Assembly: GCA_973895155.1 (NCBI GenBank) | Contig: OZ316891.1 | Location: 22,711,884-22,775,883, forward strand | DNA length: 64,000 nucleotides | Source of the DNA: Marsupella aquatica | Taxonomy: Eukaryota; Plantae; Marchantiophyta | Direction: 5' to 3' | Shown: piece by piece, positions 24,650-38,905 of the stretch | How the letters are laid out: every line of letters begins with the position of its first letter | Numbering within the stretch: position 1 is the first letter of the stretch | The notes under the pieces: generated by a model | Databases searched by the model: none | What the model was told of the DNA's origin: nothing | Seen by the model: only the letters and a program-made list of their open reading frames with translations | Translations under genes and position numbers: made by a program

Positions 24650-27600
24650 CTATTGCTTCTTAAGCAAGCTAGAGTTCCATAGGGCATTCATCCCTTTCAC
24701 ATCAGATAATTAAGACTGTTTCTCCCTTGCATTGGCAAATGGCAATGCCACATCTACAAACACTTCAATCACACGCACTCGCAAGAAAGGGCTTTCAAAA
24801 TCTGCACAATGAAACTTATCTTCTCCTGGCAGCCCTGTCACCTCACCTTCTGCCACTATCATGGAATTGTCCACAACGCTCTTCATCTTCACCAAATCTC
24901 CTCTTGCAAACTGTGAACAACACATTTTGTTAAAAATGCAAATAATAAACAGAAATTGAAAGATAGAAGAACACTCAAATCAAACACACATTTACCTTTG
25001 CAATGGGGTTAGGAGACTGCATTGGTTTCTTCTGTGCAGGTGATGCATTTGCTGAAGATCCTTTCTTCCTTTTCTTGTTTCCCTTTCTAGTTGATGGAGT
25101 GTCATCATGCTCACTTGGAACAGGAGTTTCTTTTGGCAACTTAGATGATTCTGGGGTTACATCTGGTGTCAACTGAGTCGACTTATCCTCTGGCAACTGA
25201 AAGGCATCTGAAATGGCTTCTTTGGGCAACTTAGATGGCAAAAGGTTCACTTCCAATTCAGTTTGCTTCAGAGTACTGTTAGCTGTGTCAGTTGGTCTTC
25301 CTTGCGACACAGGAGGCTCCCCTAAAGATGCTGTCATAAAACACACACAAGAGAAATGCATAAACAAACATGTATACACCAGCAACATATAATCACACTA
25401 GAACATGCAAGAACATTATAAACATACAATGACATATATACACCACAATAATTACATTGAATGGACAGTGAATAGATGATAGAGAATTTTACCTCCATTA
25501 TCACCTGAAAAAGTAAGAGATCGTTTTCTACTACCTTCTTTGGTAGTTGTAGTCAACTTACTGTGACTAGGAACAAATGTTGGAACTTGTGCATTACTGG
25601 AGTGATGTGCCATCCATATAGTCATCATGTTTGTCAACTCCTTCACAGTGCCTTTCAACTCATCGACATCCAATTTGACAGCCCAATGGCAATGATCTCT
25701 TCTTTTGAATGTGGGGTCTGTAAATGAACCACAAACCAACACAACATTCTCACTGTCAAACTAACAAACGACACAACAATCTATCAAATGGAAAATGATG
25801 TACAAATCAGATTGGAATGGCAATACTCACAGCTGATCCATGCCTGTATCCTTGCCCCAGTAAGCTAGCACTTTTACCCTCCCCACTTGCCAATGATGGG
25901 CTCACCTTTGCTCCCAAAAAACTACCAGTCTGACCTTCTGCACTTGCCAGTGATGGGCTCATTGTCACCTTTGGCAATGAACCCTAACTACCAAGGTTTT
26001 CTTTCAGGTCAGATATACCTGGGCTTGATCCTCTCTTCTGCTTCTGTTCAAACACACAATGAATGAGAAACTCAGAGTCTGTTTTCATCAAGATTCACAA
26101 ACAAGACAGAATTGATAGTGAAAATGATATAGACAGTTTACCATTCTCTTTGCTGCTGCAGCATGCCCTCCTCTACCAAAGTGACTGGTATATTGCACTC
26201 GTGCTCTTTTATCAGTCATCTGTTTACTCAAAGATATCAATGCTGGACTGGTGAAATGAGATACCAAAGCTGCCCATTTCTTTGGATCAACACCAGATGG
26301 CCCAGGTTTGGTTGGATCCTCATTGCAAACTTTCTTCTAGTAAACATGCATTTTATGGCGCTCTCTCTTCAATATGCCACGACAATGACTCTGGAATTTG
26401 TTGTCAATAAATTCCCCACCCACATACTTCCACTCAGCTGCCATGTTCTTTCACACACTGGTTATATGAACTCGTGGATGATCAGTCCATTTTGGCTTTG
26501 ATACATCAAAGATTCTGAGTACATTGCCACGAAGTTCCTCCAGCCAGTATTGTTTGTTGGGATCATAATCATCAATATCATTGTCATAAATCTGTATTTC
26601 ACATGCAATGTCAATTCATAACTCTAGAATTTATGCATAGTCTAGGTTTTATATACACAATAACAGAGAGGATCTATGTCTAAATCTACATTCAAAAAAA
26701 GTACAATACTCACTTTAATGTGTTTGGGCAAATCTCCCTGATTCCTTCATACTTTGGCAGCATTATCAAACATCTTCTTAGCATGCCTTCATTCCCTGCG
26801 CATCTCAAAGGCCCCGCCTGCAATGCACACACATGCTTTCACTCAGAAAATATGTACATTGAAAAGTTGAGCAAATGCACTTGCATATGCATGACAAGCA
26901 AATTTGTATTACCTGAAGATCCTCTGGAATGTAGTACGTCAGATTGACCTGATCTGCCTTCAGATGCTGATGGAACCACTAAACAAACACACACCACCAA
27001 GCACTTCAATGAATTTTAGGAAAATGTAGAATATCAACTTCCAAACACACTGAAAAGGTATATCAGTACAATCCACTCACTTTCATATAACAGTCCAGTG
27101 TCTGGGTCTTTCCAACATCTCACCAGCCCACCTCCACCAGGCCTAGTCTTCTTAGGACCACGATTTTGTTTCTGTACCTACATCATGGACAATGTAGGCA
27201 TATTAACAAATACTTTGAAACAAGGACACTTGAGGATTTAGGGTTTAGGATGATGAAGTTCAAGCATTACCTGCTGTTCACTCTCAGGTTTTGACCCTCC
27301 AATGTCAGAATCCTTAGTGTCATACCCAGCACTGGCATAGCCATCATCACGAGACTCTGCCATGTTCACCTTGGTAACTTGTGATAGTCTAGAGCTCCTC
27401 CTCTTTGGCAATGTTCCAGTTGAAGTACCTTTCACCAATGCAGGCTTTTCTCTCTGTCGTTGTACATGTGTGGTTGGGCCTCTAAGGAACAAAGCAATCA
27501 TCAACATACACCAATGCAGATCAAACATACATGCAAGCAAAATCTACAACACAGTAATAATGGTACTTATGTACAGGTTCCATACTAGTATGAGACCAAT

Positions 27601-27904
27601 CTGGAATATGAAAATAGAACATGAACCTGACAACTCCATATATCTACTGAATCAAATTAATTTGCAACAGACATTTTAACACACACATCAGCATGCAGTC
27701 TGGCCCCAGTCCTAGATCACGCATAATGCTGACATTATGCTCTATGTTCCGCTTTCGGGCCTCCTCATAAGCATTCACAGGATGTGACAATTCAACCCCT
27801 GCAATCTTCCTTTCACAGGCTGCATTCACCAACTGCACAAATGGGCAAAACATTAGTCTGATTTCATATATAGTCCATACATGTAGTCCATCTATGGACT
27901 TCAC
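24650..27904 (-). pseudogene. E2 multi-exon TnpA/Tnp1-like gene, degenerate
   Basis: Exons paralogous to E1 TnpA (NAYEEARKRNI; RRSSRLS.V..V.MAE; terminal exon VAEGEV...FH.....F.RV.V..V..DVALPF); frameshifts and stops around 26100-26600. Confidence 0.65.
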
Positions 27905-29007
27905 ACACCTAAAACCTATTCACTGCTTAGGCCTACCCTTTCTTGCAGATCCCTCTACATCTCTGCCTCATTTGGGACTAGTACTTGGTCCTGGATTTGC
28001 TCTAGTCCTACAGGCTTTAGCCAATTCAATGTGTAATTTGGCATTGTTTTCCATTGTAGCATGGAAATCAACATCTGTGTAATCACCTAACACCCTTGTG
28101 GACCTGGATTCTTTGTGGAGGATTGTTCTCCATGCTATCCCCTTCTCATTGGGGTGGAAGAAAACCTGCTCCACTTGCTTTGGGAAAATGTAATCCATTT
28201 TCTTGGACACACCCAGTTCTCAATGGAAATTCACCTGCCAAAGACCAGACTCAGAATACCTCATACTGGCAGAGGATTTAGGAGTCCATGATGGATCTGC
28301 CCATTTCCCTTTGAAAAGAATCACCTCTTTCCTCAAGCTGCCGTAATTCAGTACTAAGATATCTGTCAAGGCCCCTACATACTGTACAGATTCTTCTCTA
28401 GTTGTGCCAGACCTGTCCACCCGCTTCTCAGTGAATGTCGAAGCCATCCCATAGTCAAAAGTGTTGAATGCACCAGAATCACAATCACTCAAACACCCCA
28501 AGGATGGAATAGTCCTCCAGTGATGCCCATAGGCTCTGCATGCCCTATACAGTCGTGCCTTCAAACTAGGTGGTGTGGAGTATGCAGATAGTAATGAGCA
28601 CTCAGACTCTGTCTCAAAATTATGGGTATTGACTAATGTTTGAAACCATTCCCTGAAAGGTGGCAGTTCTTGGCAGTCAAGGGGAAATTCCACTGGTTTT
28701 CTTCGATTGGCAGGCTTCCTCATCCATTCCTTCCGGAAATCCACTCTTCGTTTGGTAACAGTCTCATTGGTAGCATCATATATCCTACATGGCAACAACA
28801 ACACTCAAGACATTAGTGCATGATCCACCATGAATATACAAACACAATGGGGCAGCATAATTATAATCCATATGGTACAGGGTTTACATACCTGTACCAT
28901 GGAGCCACTATCTCTTCATTCTCCAATATATAATGATGCATGGCCATCATTTCAGACCAATTCAAAGTTATCTCCTTTGCAGCCCCTTCCAAGACAATGC
29001 CTGCAAC

Positions 29008-29446
29008 TGTTGAGCATAGACGACGATCGCAACGGCAAGCCCATGAACCATCCAACGCACAATAGTCGACACAAGAGATACGTGGTTCACCTCCTTGAGG
29101 CTACGTCCACGGGAACACACAAGAGAGCTTTACTGAACTCTAAGCCCGTCGGCTATACCGAGTCTCCATAGTGTAAGCTCTCCCTATCTCTCAAGTGGCT
29201 CCATAACAATGAGCCTTGGTTCTACCTCTCCAAGCACACATGCCTCTTATGATATAGTGTGCAACTTAGTTGTACCTAACCACATAGTTGTACCTAATCA
29301 CGTAGTTGTACCTAACCACATAGTTGTACCTAATCACGTAGTTGTACCTAACCACATAGTTGTACCTAATCACGTAGTTGTACCAACCCACGTTGTTGTA
29401 CCAACCACGTCATACCTAACCTAGACGTAAGAGTAAGTACCCAACA
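29008..29446 (-). repeat. Copia 3' LTR (439 bp, 8 copies of an 18-bp unit)
   Basis: TGTTGAGC...CCCAACA; GTTGTACCTAAYCACRTA tandem array; near-identical to 35099-35519. Confidence 0.95.
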
Positions 29447-29460
29447 ATCTTCCCCTTGAC
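29447..29460 (-). promoter_or_regulatory. Polypurine tract
   Basis: Minus strand GTCAAGGGGAAGAT directly before the 3' LTR. Confidence 0.85.
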
Positions 29461-29637
29461 TCTGATCTAGGGGAGAGTAATACTGCCAATGTATATGATC
29501 CCTCAGCGGGAAGTTCTGGACAGAAACCAAACCGGTTTCCCTCTCTAACTAGAGCAAACCAGAACTAAGCCGTAGCCTAATACATAGGAATGAGAAAGAG
29601 CATATATCAGTAATTACAATGAATGTTTAAGAAAACT

Positions 29638-32600
29638 CTACTTGTGATGCAATTGCAAAACCTGCAATACGTCACGGTGTCTAGAGAAACTCTCCAAAGG
29701 AATCACTTTGGTAAATGCGTCAGCCGGGTTGAGTTTACCATCAATCTTGACTAGCTCAAACAAATTATCAGACACAGCCTACCTGATAAAATGGTACCTG
29801 ACGTCAATGTGCTTCACTCTGCTGTCCATCACCTGGTTCACAGCAAGGTGGAGCGCACTTTGACTATCACAATGGAGCTTCACATTCCCCTGTGGCAATC
29901 CCATTTCAGTGATAAGTCTATCCAACCAAATCGCTTCCTTTGCTGCTTCCGCAGCTGCAACATACTCCGCTTCTGTAGTAGACTGAGCAATACACTTCTG
30001 CAAAGTAGACCTCCAACTTATGCATCCACCGCCAAGTGTGAACACGTATCTTGTTGTTGATCTCCTTCGGTCCAAATCTTGTCCATAGTCAGAATCTACA
30101 TAGCCAATCAATGATCTAGCATTCTTTGCATTCGCATCAAATAAAAGACCATGATCCACGGTACCCTTCAAGTACCTGATAATCCACTTCACTGCTTCCC
30201 AGTGTACCTTCCCTGGATTCGACATGTACCTGCTCACCTTGCCCATAGCCATGGCAAGATCAGGTCTAGTGCAAGTCATCAAATACATGAGACTCCCCAC
30301 TGCCTTGTCATATGGAACCTTTGACATCAACCCCTTCTCTGTGTCATCCGTAGGACAGAACGCTGATGATAACTTGAAGTGTGGAGCCAACGGGGTACTT
30401 ACTGGCTTGCTATTCTCCATGTTGAACCTTGCAATTACCTTCCTCGCATAACTGCTCTGCGTCAACCATAGCTTGCCAGCCTCCAAGTCCCTAGTGATCT
30501 CCATACCCAAAATCCTCTTAGCTGGCCCTAAGTCCTTCATCTTAAACTCTGCACTAAGCAGTGCCTTGAGCTTAACAATCTCAGACCTATCCTTGGCTGC
30601 AATTAGCATGTCATCCACATAAAGTACTAAAACAATGAACCCAAACACAACATTCTTCACCGGTTTCAAATACACACAAGGGTCAAATACACTTCTGTGA
30701 AAACCTTGTGACCGAATCCAATCGTCAAACCGCTTGTTCTACTGTCTTGGTGACTGCTTCAACCCATACAAGGATTTCAGCAATCTGCAAACCAATTCCT
30801 CCTGTCCTCTATTCACAAAACCTAGCGGTTGTCTCATGAAGATCACCTCTTCCAATGTGCCATAGAGGAAAGTTGTGACAACATCCATCTGATCTAGGAG
30901 CAGACCAAACATTACAACAAGTACACACAATAGTCGTATTGTAGAGTACTTAGCAACTGGTGAGAAGACCTCATTATAATCCACACCTTTCTCTTGTGTG
31001 AATCCCTTTGCTACCAATCTAGCCTTGTAGACCTTCGATCCACCTCCTATGGAATTATCCTTCAGCTTGTAAATCCACTTGCTATCCACCACTTGCTGAC
31101 CCTTAGGCAGCTTAACAAACTCCCAAGTTTTGTTGTCCTTTAGTGACTGCATCTCCGTTTGCATTGCTGCAGTCCACTTCTGCTTCTCCTTTGAAGCACT
31201 TGCCTCATGAAATGAAGAAGGTTCTCCTTCTTCCAAAATTAACGCATCACCCTCATCATCAGCTGTAAAATCATCCTCTTGCAGTTGAGATGAATCAACC
31301 CACTGTCCATACCTTGATGGAGCGCGTACAGTGCGACCAGATGTTCTTCTAGCCGATGACTCCGGTTGATCTGCGTGTGCTGGTACAATTTGAAGCTCAA
31401 CAGCATCCACTTGCTGCTCACCAGCATCAACAAACTCCTCTGGTTCCTCTGGCACAGGAACCAGCTCCATAATTGGAGCAACTCCTTCTCTCCGGTCATG
31501 CACCTCATAACCAATCTCCCCCTCAACGAGATCCGGGATAGGAGATTTTCCTTTGTTAGTACGGGAGACCTGAGTATTCTCCCCCTCCTTCAATAATCTG
31601 GATTCATTGAAGGAAACATCCCTACTGACAACGAGCTTACAGGCAATAGGATCCCATAGCCTATAGGCTTTCACACCACTCTGGTACCCAAGAAAAACAC
31701 ATTTCTTGGAGGTAGGATCCAACTTGGTCCTATTCTGCTTTGGTGTGAGAGCATATGCATCACTTCCAAAAATTACCAAGCCATGATAGTCTGCTTGCCG
31801 CTTATAGCGCATCTCAAACGGCGTTTTGAAATTGATAGCACTAGAAGGAGAAAGATTTACCAAATAAGCTGCGGTATTGACAGCTTCTGCCCAAAATTCT
31901 TGTGGTAAACCTGATTGGCTCAACATACTCCGTGACCGCTCCAACAGTGTCCGATTGAGCCTCTCAGCGACACCATTCTACTGCGGAGTATAAACTGTGG
32001 TGAGATGGCGAGTTATCCCCTGTTCTGAACAGTACTCTTCAAATTCCATTGAAGTGTACTCCCCGCCGTTGTCTGACCTCAGACTCTTCACCCTTGTATC
32101 CAAACACTTGATCGTGTTTCCAGTCTGATTCTCCACCTGGGCCTTCCACTTCTTAAAAATGGACAAGACATCAGACTTATGCGTCATGAAATAAATCCAC
32201 ACAAATCTTGAGTAATCATCAATAAATGATACATAGTACAACTTTCTAGAGTGTGAGGGAGTCGGGGATGGACCCCACACGTCACTATGTATGTACTCAA
32301 GAACCGCTTTGGAACGATGAGTTCCAACACCAAAAGCACGACGATGCTGCTTTCCAAGAATGCAATGCTCACAAAACTCTAATTTACAAGATTGCAAATC
32401 AGAAATGAGTCCATTCTTCCGTAAGATAGCCAAACCCTTCTCACTCATGTGGCCTAGCCGTGAATGCCACAGTTGAGTCATCTCCTCGTGAGACTTGGTT
32501 ACATTGGCCTCTCCACATACAGTATTGCCCTGTAACACATACAAATTCTTTTGTCTACTCCCCTTCAAAATCACTGTCTCTCCCGACCTGACTTGAAGTT

Positions 32601-33945
32601 CACCATCAATAACGCTCCATTGATGACCATTTGAATCCAACACACCGAGTGAAATCAGATTCTTACGCATGCCAGGTACATACCTGACTCCGGACACTGT
32701 GCGCACAGCGCCATCAAACATTTGAATCTTCACAGACCCAATTCCTTCAATTTGACAGGAGTGATCATTTCCCATCAGAACTGAACCGTTTGAAACAGAG
32801 TAAGAACTGAAAAACTCACGAATGTAACAAATATGAAAAGAGCAAGCACAATCAAGAATCCACACATCATCTGCTCTCCTAGATGACGTGCACAGGGCAT
32901 ACCCCCGACTTCATAAAACATACTCATCATTGAGTAAATCAGCTTCTCCATCAGCCCTAGCCACATTTGCCGATGAAGTTTCCGCTGCCTTTCCCTTACA
33001 GTCTCGCTTGAAGTGTCCAACTTGGTTGCACTTCCAACATGTCACCTGCCTCCTCTGAGGGGATTTACCCTTGGACTTAGATCTGGATTTAGATCTAAAC
33101 TGGGTTCTACGGTCCCCAGTTGGTCGCTGCATACTCCTCCCACGGTTAACATTGAGGGCAGCACCAGATGATGAAGGCTGTGACGTGATGTGCATCTTCT
33201 GCTGAAGATCATCACTAAGCAGAGAACTTACCACGTCATTGTATGAAATGGTATCCCTATCACGATGCAACAACACTCGTGATAGGGACTGGTAAGATGG
33301 AGGCAATGAACTAAGAAGCTGCAGAGCCTTCGTCTCATCATTCAAAGTCTCCCCAAGGTTTTCCAAGTCAACGACCATGTCGTTGAAAGCATCCACATGG
33401 TCTTGCAACTTCGTACCAGATTCCTTCATCCTGAAACTCATCAGTTTGTAAGAAGTGTAGAGCCGGTTCGACAACTCCTTGCGGTGATACTTGCTCTGCA
33501 ATTCCGCAAACAAGGACATGCAATCCTTATGTGCACCCAACTGCTTGATGATGGGAGGCATGAGATAGAGTGTAACACACCACACTCCTTGCTCCTGCAT
33601 GCGGTCCCATTGTTTCTCATCAACATCGTCTTCACGAGGGCTCAGCAGTTGGCCCATCCCTGACGCATAAAGCACTCCCTTCACTTGCTTCTCCCATAGC
33701 AAGTAGTCAGAGCGCCCATCATACTTTGTCACTTCATACTTGGGTCCCCCAAGCTTGAAAGTCCCCATCTTCTTCTTTACCGTGAGCTCCGGTAGTAGTA
33801 CTGCTTCCTCCATCACACGCCGCACCGGTGATGGTATCGGTGTCACGTGCTCTTCCTCCTGCTCCTCTCTCTGCCCCTGAAACCTCCGCGGTGATCCTCG
33901 TGCTTCAAGTTCCACATCTTCGAAAAACTCCTCCGAATCACTCAT
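29638..33945 (-). pseudogene. Copia gag-pol polyprotein, single frame with four in-frame stops
   Basis: Gag with CWKCNQVGHFKRDC; WILDCACSFH protease; WHSRLGH..CEHC and HSDVWGP / LRSDNGGEY integrase; YKARLVAKGF, LYGLKQSPR, LYVDDML RT; GYVDSD..TEAEY..DSQSA RNase H. Stops at 32911, 31978, 30739 and 29779. Confidence 0.95.
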
Positions 33946-35084
33946 ATGAGAAAGTCACAAAAAATGTTGTTTTTCACAACTTCTCAAAAAACTCAAAACT
34001 CAACACCGCCGCGTAGCCCACAAAGCTAGGAGTCCAATACTGAAAACCGAAATCAAAATCGAAATTTGACGGAAAAGTTATTCAAATTTCGGTCGAGGTG
34101 GGTAAAATCTTGGGAAACTCCCCCGTTTTGACCACCTCAGGGAATAACCGAAATACCAAGTACAACCCGTTGTCGGAATTGCGATGTGATTGGTGCGCTG
34201 CATTGCCAACTTCAATGGCTACGACCTCGCCGAAAAATAACCAAAAAAGTTACCGTTCGGCGGATGAAATCTTTGTCGGACGGTCAAAAAATAGCTCTCT
34301 GGTTTTTTGGAATATTCTATGACCCTTGTACAGGCCCTGTGGGAATTTTGGAAGAACAATCGAGGGGCTGACATGTGTCCTCGAACCCCCAAAACCCCCT
34401 ACCACCCTTCGTCATCGAAATCTGGTCGCGCGCGCAGAAAATACACACGGCAGAATGTACCCCTCGACACCAAACGCAAGATATCTCACTCGGGTTTTGA
34501 CAAAATCAAGATCCGATTTCAGATTTGGAAACTAGACTCCGAGGCGATGAAGATCGATATAAGAAGCACCCAAAACGAGGAAAGAACGAGGGAGAAAAAA
34601 ATTGGTAAAGATGACAGATTTCTCTCAATTGCCATAGCCAATTTCGAATCAGTTTTTCAAAGAGAAAAAAATGGTACCTTGTCAACAACGAATGTTGATC
34701 AATTGCACTTGGTGCCGTCACCAAGTCCAACAAGGTAATTGATTTTGCTTAGCCTTCCTCTTTGCATCAAAGAGCCAATCCCGGACTCAAAAACAATCGT
34801 CTTGCCTCAATCTCTCCGTTGAGTCAAAACACTTGACGCTTCTCCCTCCGAGTCGATTGCCAACTTTCTTCACAAAATCCAGAACAACGAAAACTTAGAT
34901 CTCTCTGCACCACGAGCTCCGTTCAACGATTTCTTCACACCGTTAGAAAGCTCTTGCCCTGATCTATCCGTTAAGCCCATAAACTCCAAGTTCCATGCGA
35001 TGGAACTCTGGAAAATCCACCAACACTCAACGCTGGAAAACCGTCATGAAATCCCGTCACGAACACACGTCACCTCCCAAGCAT

Positions 35085-35096
35085 GCTCTGATACCA
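35085..35096 (-). promoter_or_regulatory. Primer binding site (tRNA-iMet)
   Basis: Minus strand TGGTATCAGAGC, 2 nt after the 5' LTR. Confidence 0.95.
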
Positions 35097-35098
35097 AT

Positions 35099-35519
35099 TG
35101 TTGAGCATAGACGACGATCGCAACGGCAAGCCCATGAACCATCCAACGCACAATAGTCGACACAAGAGATACGTGGTTCACCTCCTTGAGGCTACGTCCA
35201 CGGGAACACACAAGAGAGCTTTACTGAACTCTAAGCCCGTCGGCTATACCGAGTCTCCACAGTGTAAGCTCTCCCTATCTCTCAAGTGGCTCCATAACAA
35301 TGAGCCTTGGTTCTACCTCTCCAAGCACACATGCCTCTTATGATATAGTGTGCAACTTAGTTGTACCTAACCACATAGTTGTACCTAATCACGTAGTTGT
35401 ACCTAACCACATAGTTGTACCTAATCACGTAGTTGTACCTAACCACGTAGTTGTACCAACCCACGTTGTTGTACCAACCACGTCATACCTAACCTAGACG
35501 TAAGAGTAAATACCCAACA
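35099..35519 (-). repeat. Copia 5' LTR (421 bp, 7 copies of the 18-bp unit)
   Basis: Matches the 3' LTR except two visible substitutions and one 18-bp unit. Confidence 0.95.
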
Positions 35520-38500
35520 GCAACGCCAGCATCCTCCTCCAACTCCCAGGTTCGTTTTCCCTCTCCCTTAGCATCAATCATGTATTCAGAAAGGAATCCC
35601 AAAGACTCATCTAATACATAGCCTTCAGCCATAGAAGCCTCTGGACGTGCCTTGTTTTGTACATAACCCTTCAATACCTTCAGGTTCCTCTCTATTGGGT
35701 ACGTCCATCTGCCTGTAACTGGGCCACACAAGTCTAATTCCTCCACTAGGTGAATCATTAAATGAGTCATGACATCAAAGAAGCTTGGTGGAAAATGGAT
35801 TTCCACAATGCAGAGAGTGAATGCAACATCCATCATCAAATTCTCATACATTGAAGGGTCCCACACCTTTGTACATATCTGGCGATAGATATTGCTCATC
35901 CCAGCTATGGCCAAGCAAACCCCTTCATCAAGTAATCCCATTGTTGCCAGAGGGAGAATCTGTTGCATGAGTTGGTGGAAATCATGTGATTTCAACACAG
36001 AGAGTTTCTTGGATTTTGTAACACACTTTGCCAAAGAACTTGAAAAACCAGTGGACCCTTTCAAGGTCAATAACACCTCCAAGAACCTTGTTCTTTCCTT
36101 CTTGCTCAGACAATATGGGGCTGGGGGCATCAACAATTTGTCATTGTTACGCTTGGGAGCTGGATTGGGTACAAGCCATAGGTGTTGGCGCACCTGTAAG
36201 AGCTTCAGGTCTTCTCGCACAGAAGGAGTGTCCTTGGTCCCAATGATAGTGTGCACAATGTTGTGTGCAAGATTCTTCTCATAGTGCATGGGATCTAGAC
36301 AATGGTTAATGAGTAGTTCCTGCAGTGGACACACAATTCAGAAATTAGGGCATTGAATACAACAATTACAAAATCTGGGCTATAGGAAGTAAACACATTT
36401 CAAAGTCATATGAAGAGATTGCAGAAATTCATTGTAGTAGTATGGAGTCTTACGTTCCAATAGGGCAACTTGTACAGACCAGTAGCCCTCTTCACTCCAT
36501 GCACCTTTATGGGGCAGCTCTCATCCTCAACCTTGGTTCCTCCCTTCTTCAAATATTCTGTTGTCTCGTCTTCCCACTTCTTTCTATCAGAGCTTGACAT
36601 TCTACACGGTGCAGGTCGGCTCTCAATTGCACCATCAAAGTATTGTGCACTGTCTGGTCTACGAAAAAGATGCCTTGCTGCTAACCATCGACGGTGGCCA
36701 TTGTACTCTAATTTCTGCAAGTGCTTAGAACCACGTGCCACACATTTTGGCCCACAGATGACACATCCTTTGTATCCAGCGTGTTGTTGTCCAGATATTA
36801 AACCATATGCAGGGTAATCATTGATTGTCCACAATAGCACAACCCTTAGGTTGAAGTGTTGAGACATTCAATCCTGGGCGTGGCAATTTGTCAAAGCAGG
36901 GCACTCCTTTCGTCCACAACAGCTCCAGCTCCTCATAGAATGGGCCCAATATTATGTCCAGTTGTTCCTCTGTTACTGAATCAAGTCCTAGAATCAGCAT
37001 AGCTAGCATGACAAAGAACTTCTTGGTGGTAAGCCAAGGAGGTAAATTGTAATTCAACAACAAGATTGGCCAGGTAGACCAAGCTATGGAATTATTCCCA
37101 AAGGGATTCACCCCATCAAGTGCCAACCCAAATCGCACATTCCTTGGTTCAGCTGCAAATTTCCAATCAATATTTGTATCCACATGCTTCCAAGCCTTGG
37201 AATCTGCTGCATGCCAAACCATGTTGTCTGTGCTTCTATTCTCATGATGCCAAGTCATGAGTTTAGATGTACCAGTAGTGGCATACAATCTCTTCAACCT
37301 GGGAATTACAGGGAAATACCGCACCACCTTCCTTGCCTATAATGAATTCCCCACTCTTCATCTTCGGCTGCTGACACACTGAACAGTTTTCTAACTTGGC
37401 AGACTCACCCCTAAAGAGCATGCAACCTTTCTCACAGACAGGGATTCTCTCATAATCCAAGCCAAGCTTTCTCAATAGATGCTTTGCAGCATATAAGTTC
37501 TTGGGCAGATTATGCTCTGCAGGCATACCATGCTCCCCCATCAAAGCCAACAATGCATTCACTCCTTTGTTTGAGAATCCATGGCCATGACAGATGTTGA
37601 GCAGAAGCAACATGAATGACACAACATCTATTTTGCTGCCTGCGAACAAAGGTTGCATTGATGCATCTAAAGATAACTATGCAGGATCAGTCTCCACAGG
37701 AGTTTCAGAGGTTTCAAGGGGGTTTACAGGATGGGCACCTCCTTCACTCTCATCATCCCCAAGTACAAAATCCAAGTCAAAACGGTCCTGATCATCTAGT
37801 TCATGCTCAGGGGATTCTTCACTGGTTCTCAGCAACGTTTCTTCCAGTAGAGCCCTGATATGTTCTTCGACATCTATAGTTGGATGTTCTTGAACATCCA
37901 CAGTTGGATACTCTGGAACATCTACAAATAAATGTTCTTCAACATCTAGAGTTGGCTGTTGTGCATAGGTTGCCTGCTGAAGGTTTGCTACCCTCAATGC
38001 CTCAGGGCCATGTTGTGACATGTAGTCAACACCCCACTCTTCATCAGAAGAGTCCTGTCCCTCTCCCACCCACACTCGACATGCAGGATACCGACCATGT
38101 TTAATAAGGTGCAGTCTAGCAGTATTCCGATTAGTCCTATAATTCCCTTTGCAATTCACACAAGGGCAGTACATCTTATGGTCCCCACTCTTGTGGCAGG
38201 CCTTTTGTTCTCAAACCCACAAAGCATCATCACAATGTTGTACTCTAGCTGGATGGAAGAGCGGCAACTTTGGAGTTCTACCCACACCTAACCTATTCTG
38301 TGGCAATTGTGCCATGCTAGCTTGATTGAAATTGTATTCAAACTCTGATTTTCAAACTCAATCAGTGTGACATGCATACAAAATTGGGCCTACCATCACA
38401 GTTGTACAACCGATGCCAACCACAGTCCAATTGCTCAAACCCACAGAGCCCAGTTTCTCAAATCCACTGTAGTGGGGCACCTTCTCCTTCTTGCATACAA

Positions 38501-38905
38501 ATAGAGCATCACAGACAGTGTCATCAGAATGATACTATGAACGTAAATCTCTGTGCCTTCATCATTTCCAGTATTTATGAATGTGAGCAGACAGGTCTGG
38601 AATGAGTGACGTTTGTGACACCAGTGAAAATTTTACAAGTGAAGTTTAGACATCAACAGTGACAGGTCTCACATTCAAAGCACATGCATGAAAATCGGAA
38701 TCCTACCCTGGTTCCATATAGTAAAGTTGATTTCTCAAAATTAATTGCCTCAATCCGCAATGCAGTGTCGTAGAGTGTGTATACATGAGGAGTTCATCAA
38801 ACTGCATATAAATAGTCCACATGTTTTAGCACTCTGAAAATTGTTTAAGTCCATGTGAAACCATCAAAAACATCTATCTCAAGTTTGTGTTCTATCCAGC
38901 CTCAA

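Larger units (their letters stand above)
29008..35519 (-). mobile_element. Full-length Ty1/Copia LTR retrotransposon
   Basis: TG...CA LTRs at both ends, TSD GCAAC (29003-29007, 35520-35524), tRNA-iMet PBS, PPT, and gag-PR-IN-RT-RH domain order. Confidence 0.97.
27968..38174 (-). pseudogene. E2 Tnp2-type transposase, frameshifted and split by a Copia insertion
   Basis: MYCPCVNC..HLIKHG, RNVRFGLALDGVNPF, NYNLPPW, DYPAYG, DPMHYEKN, LKSHDFH, FPPSFFDVMTHL, YPIER; DAGVA|GIVLEGA rejoins across the Copia; frameshifts between ORFs. Confidence 0.92.

Noticed and set aside
29209-29424. (VVPNH)n ORFs here and at 35300-35497, and a CRISPR-like look
   Set aside because: These are translations of the 18-bp LTR tandem repeat; there are no unique spacers or cas genes.
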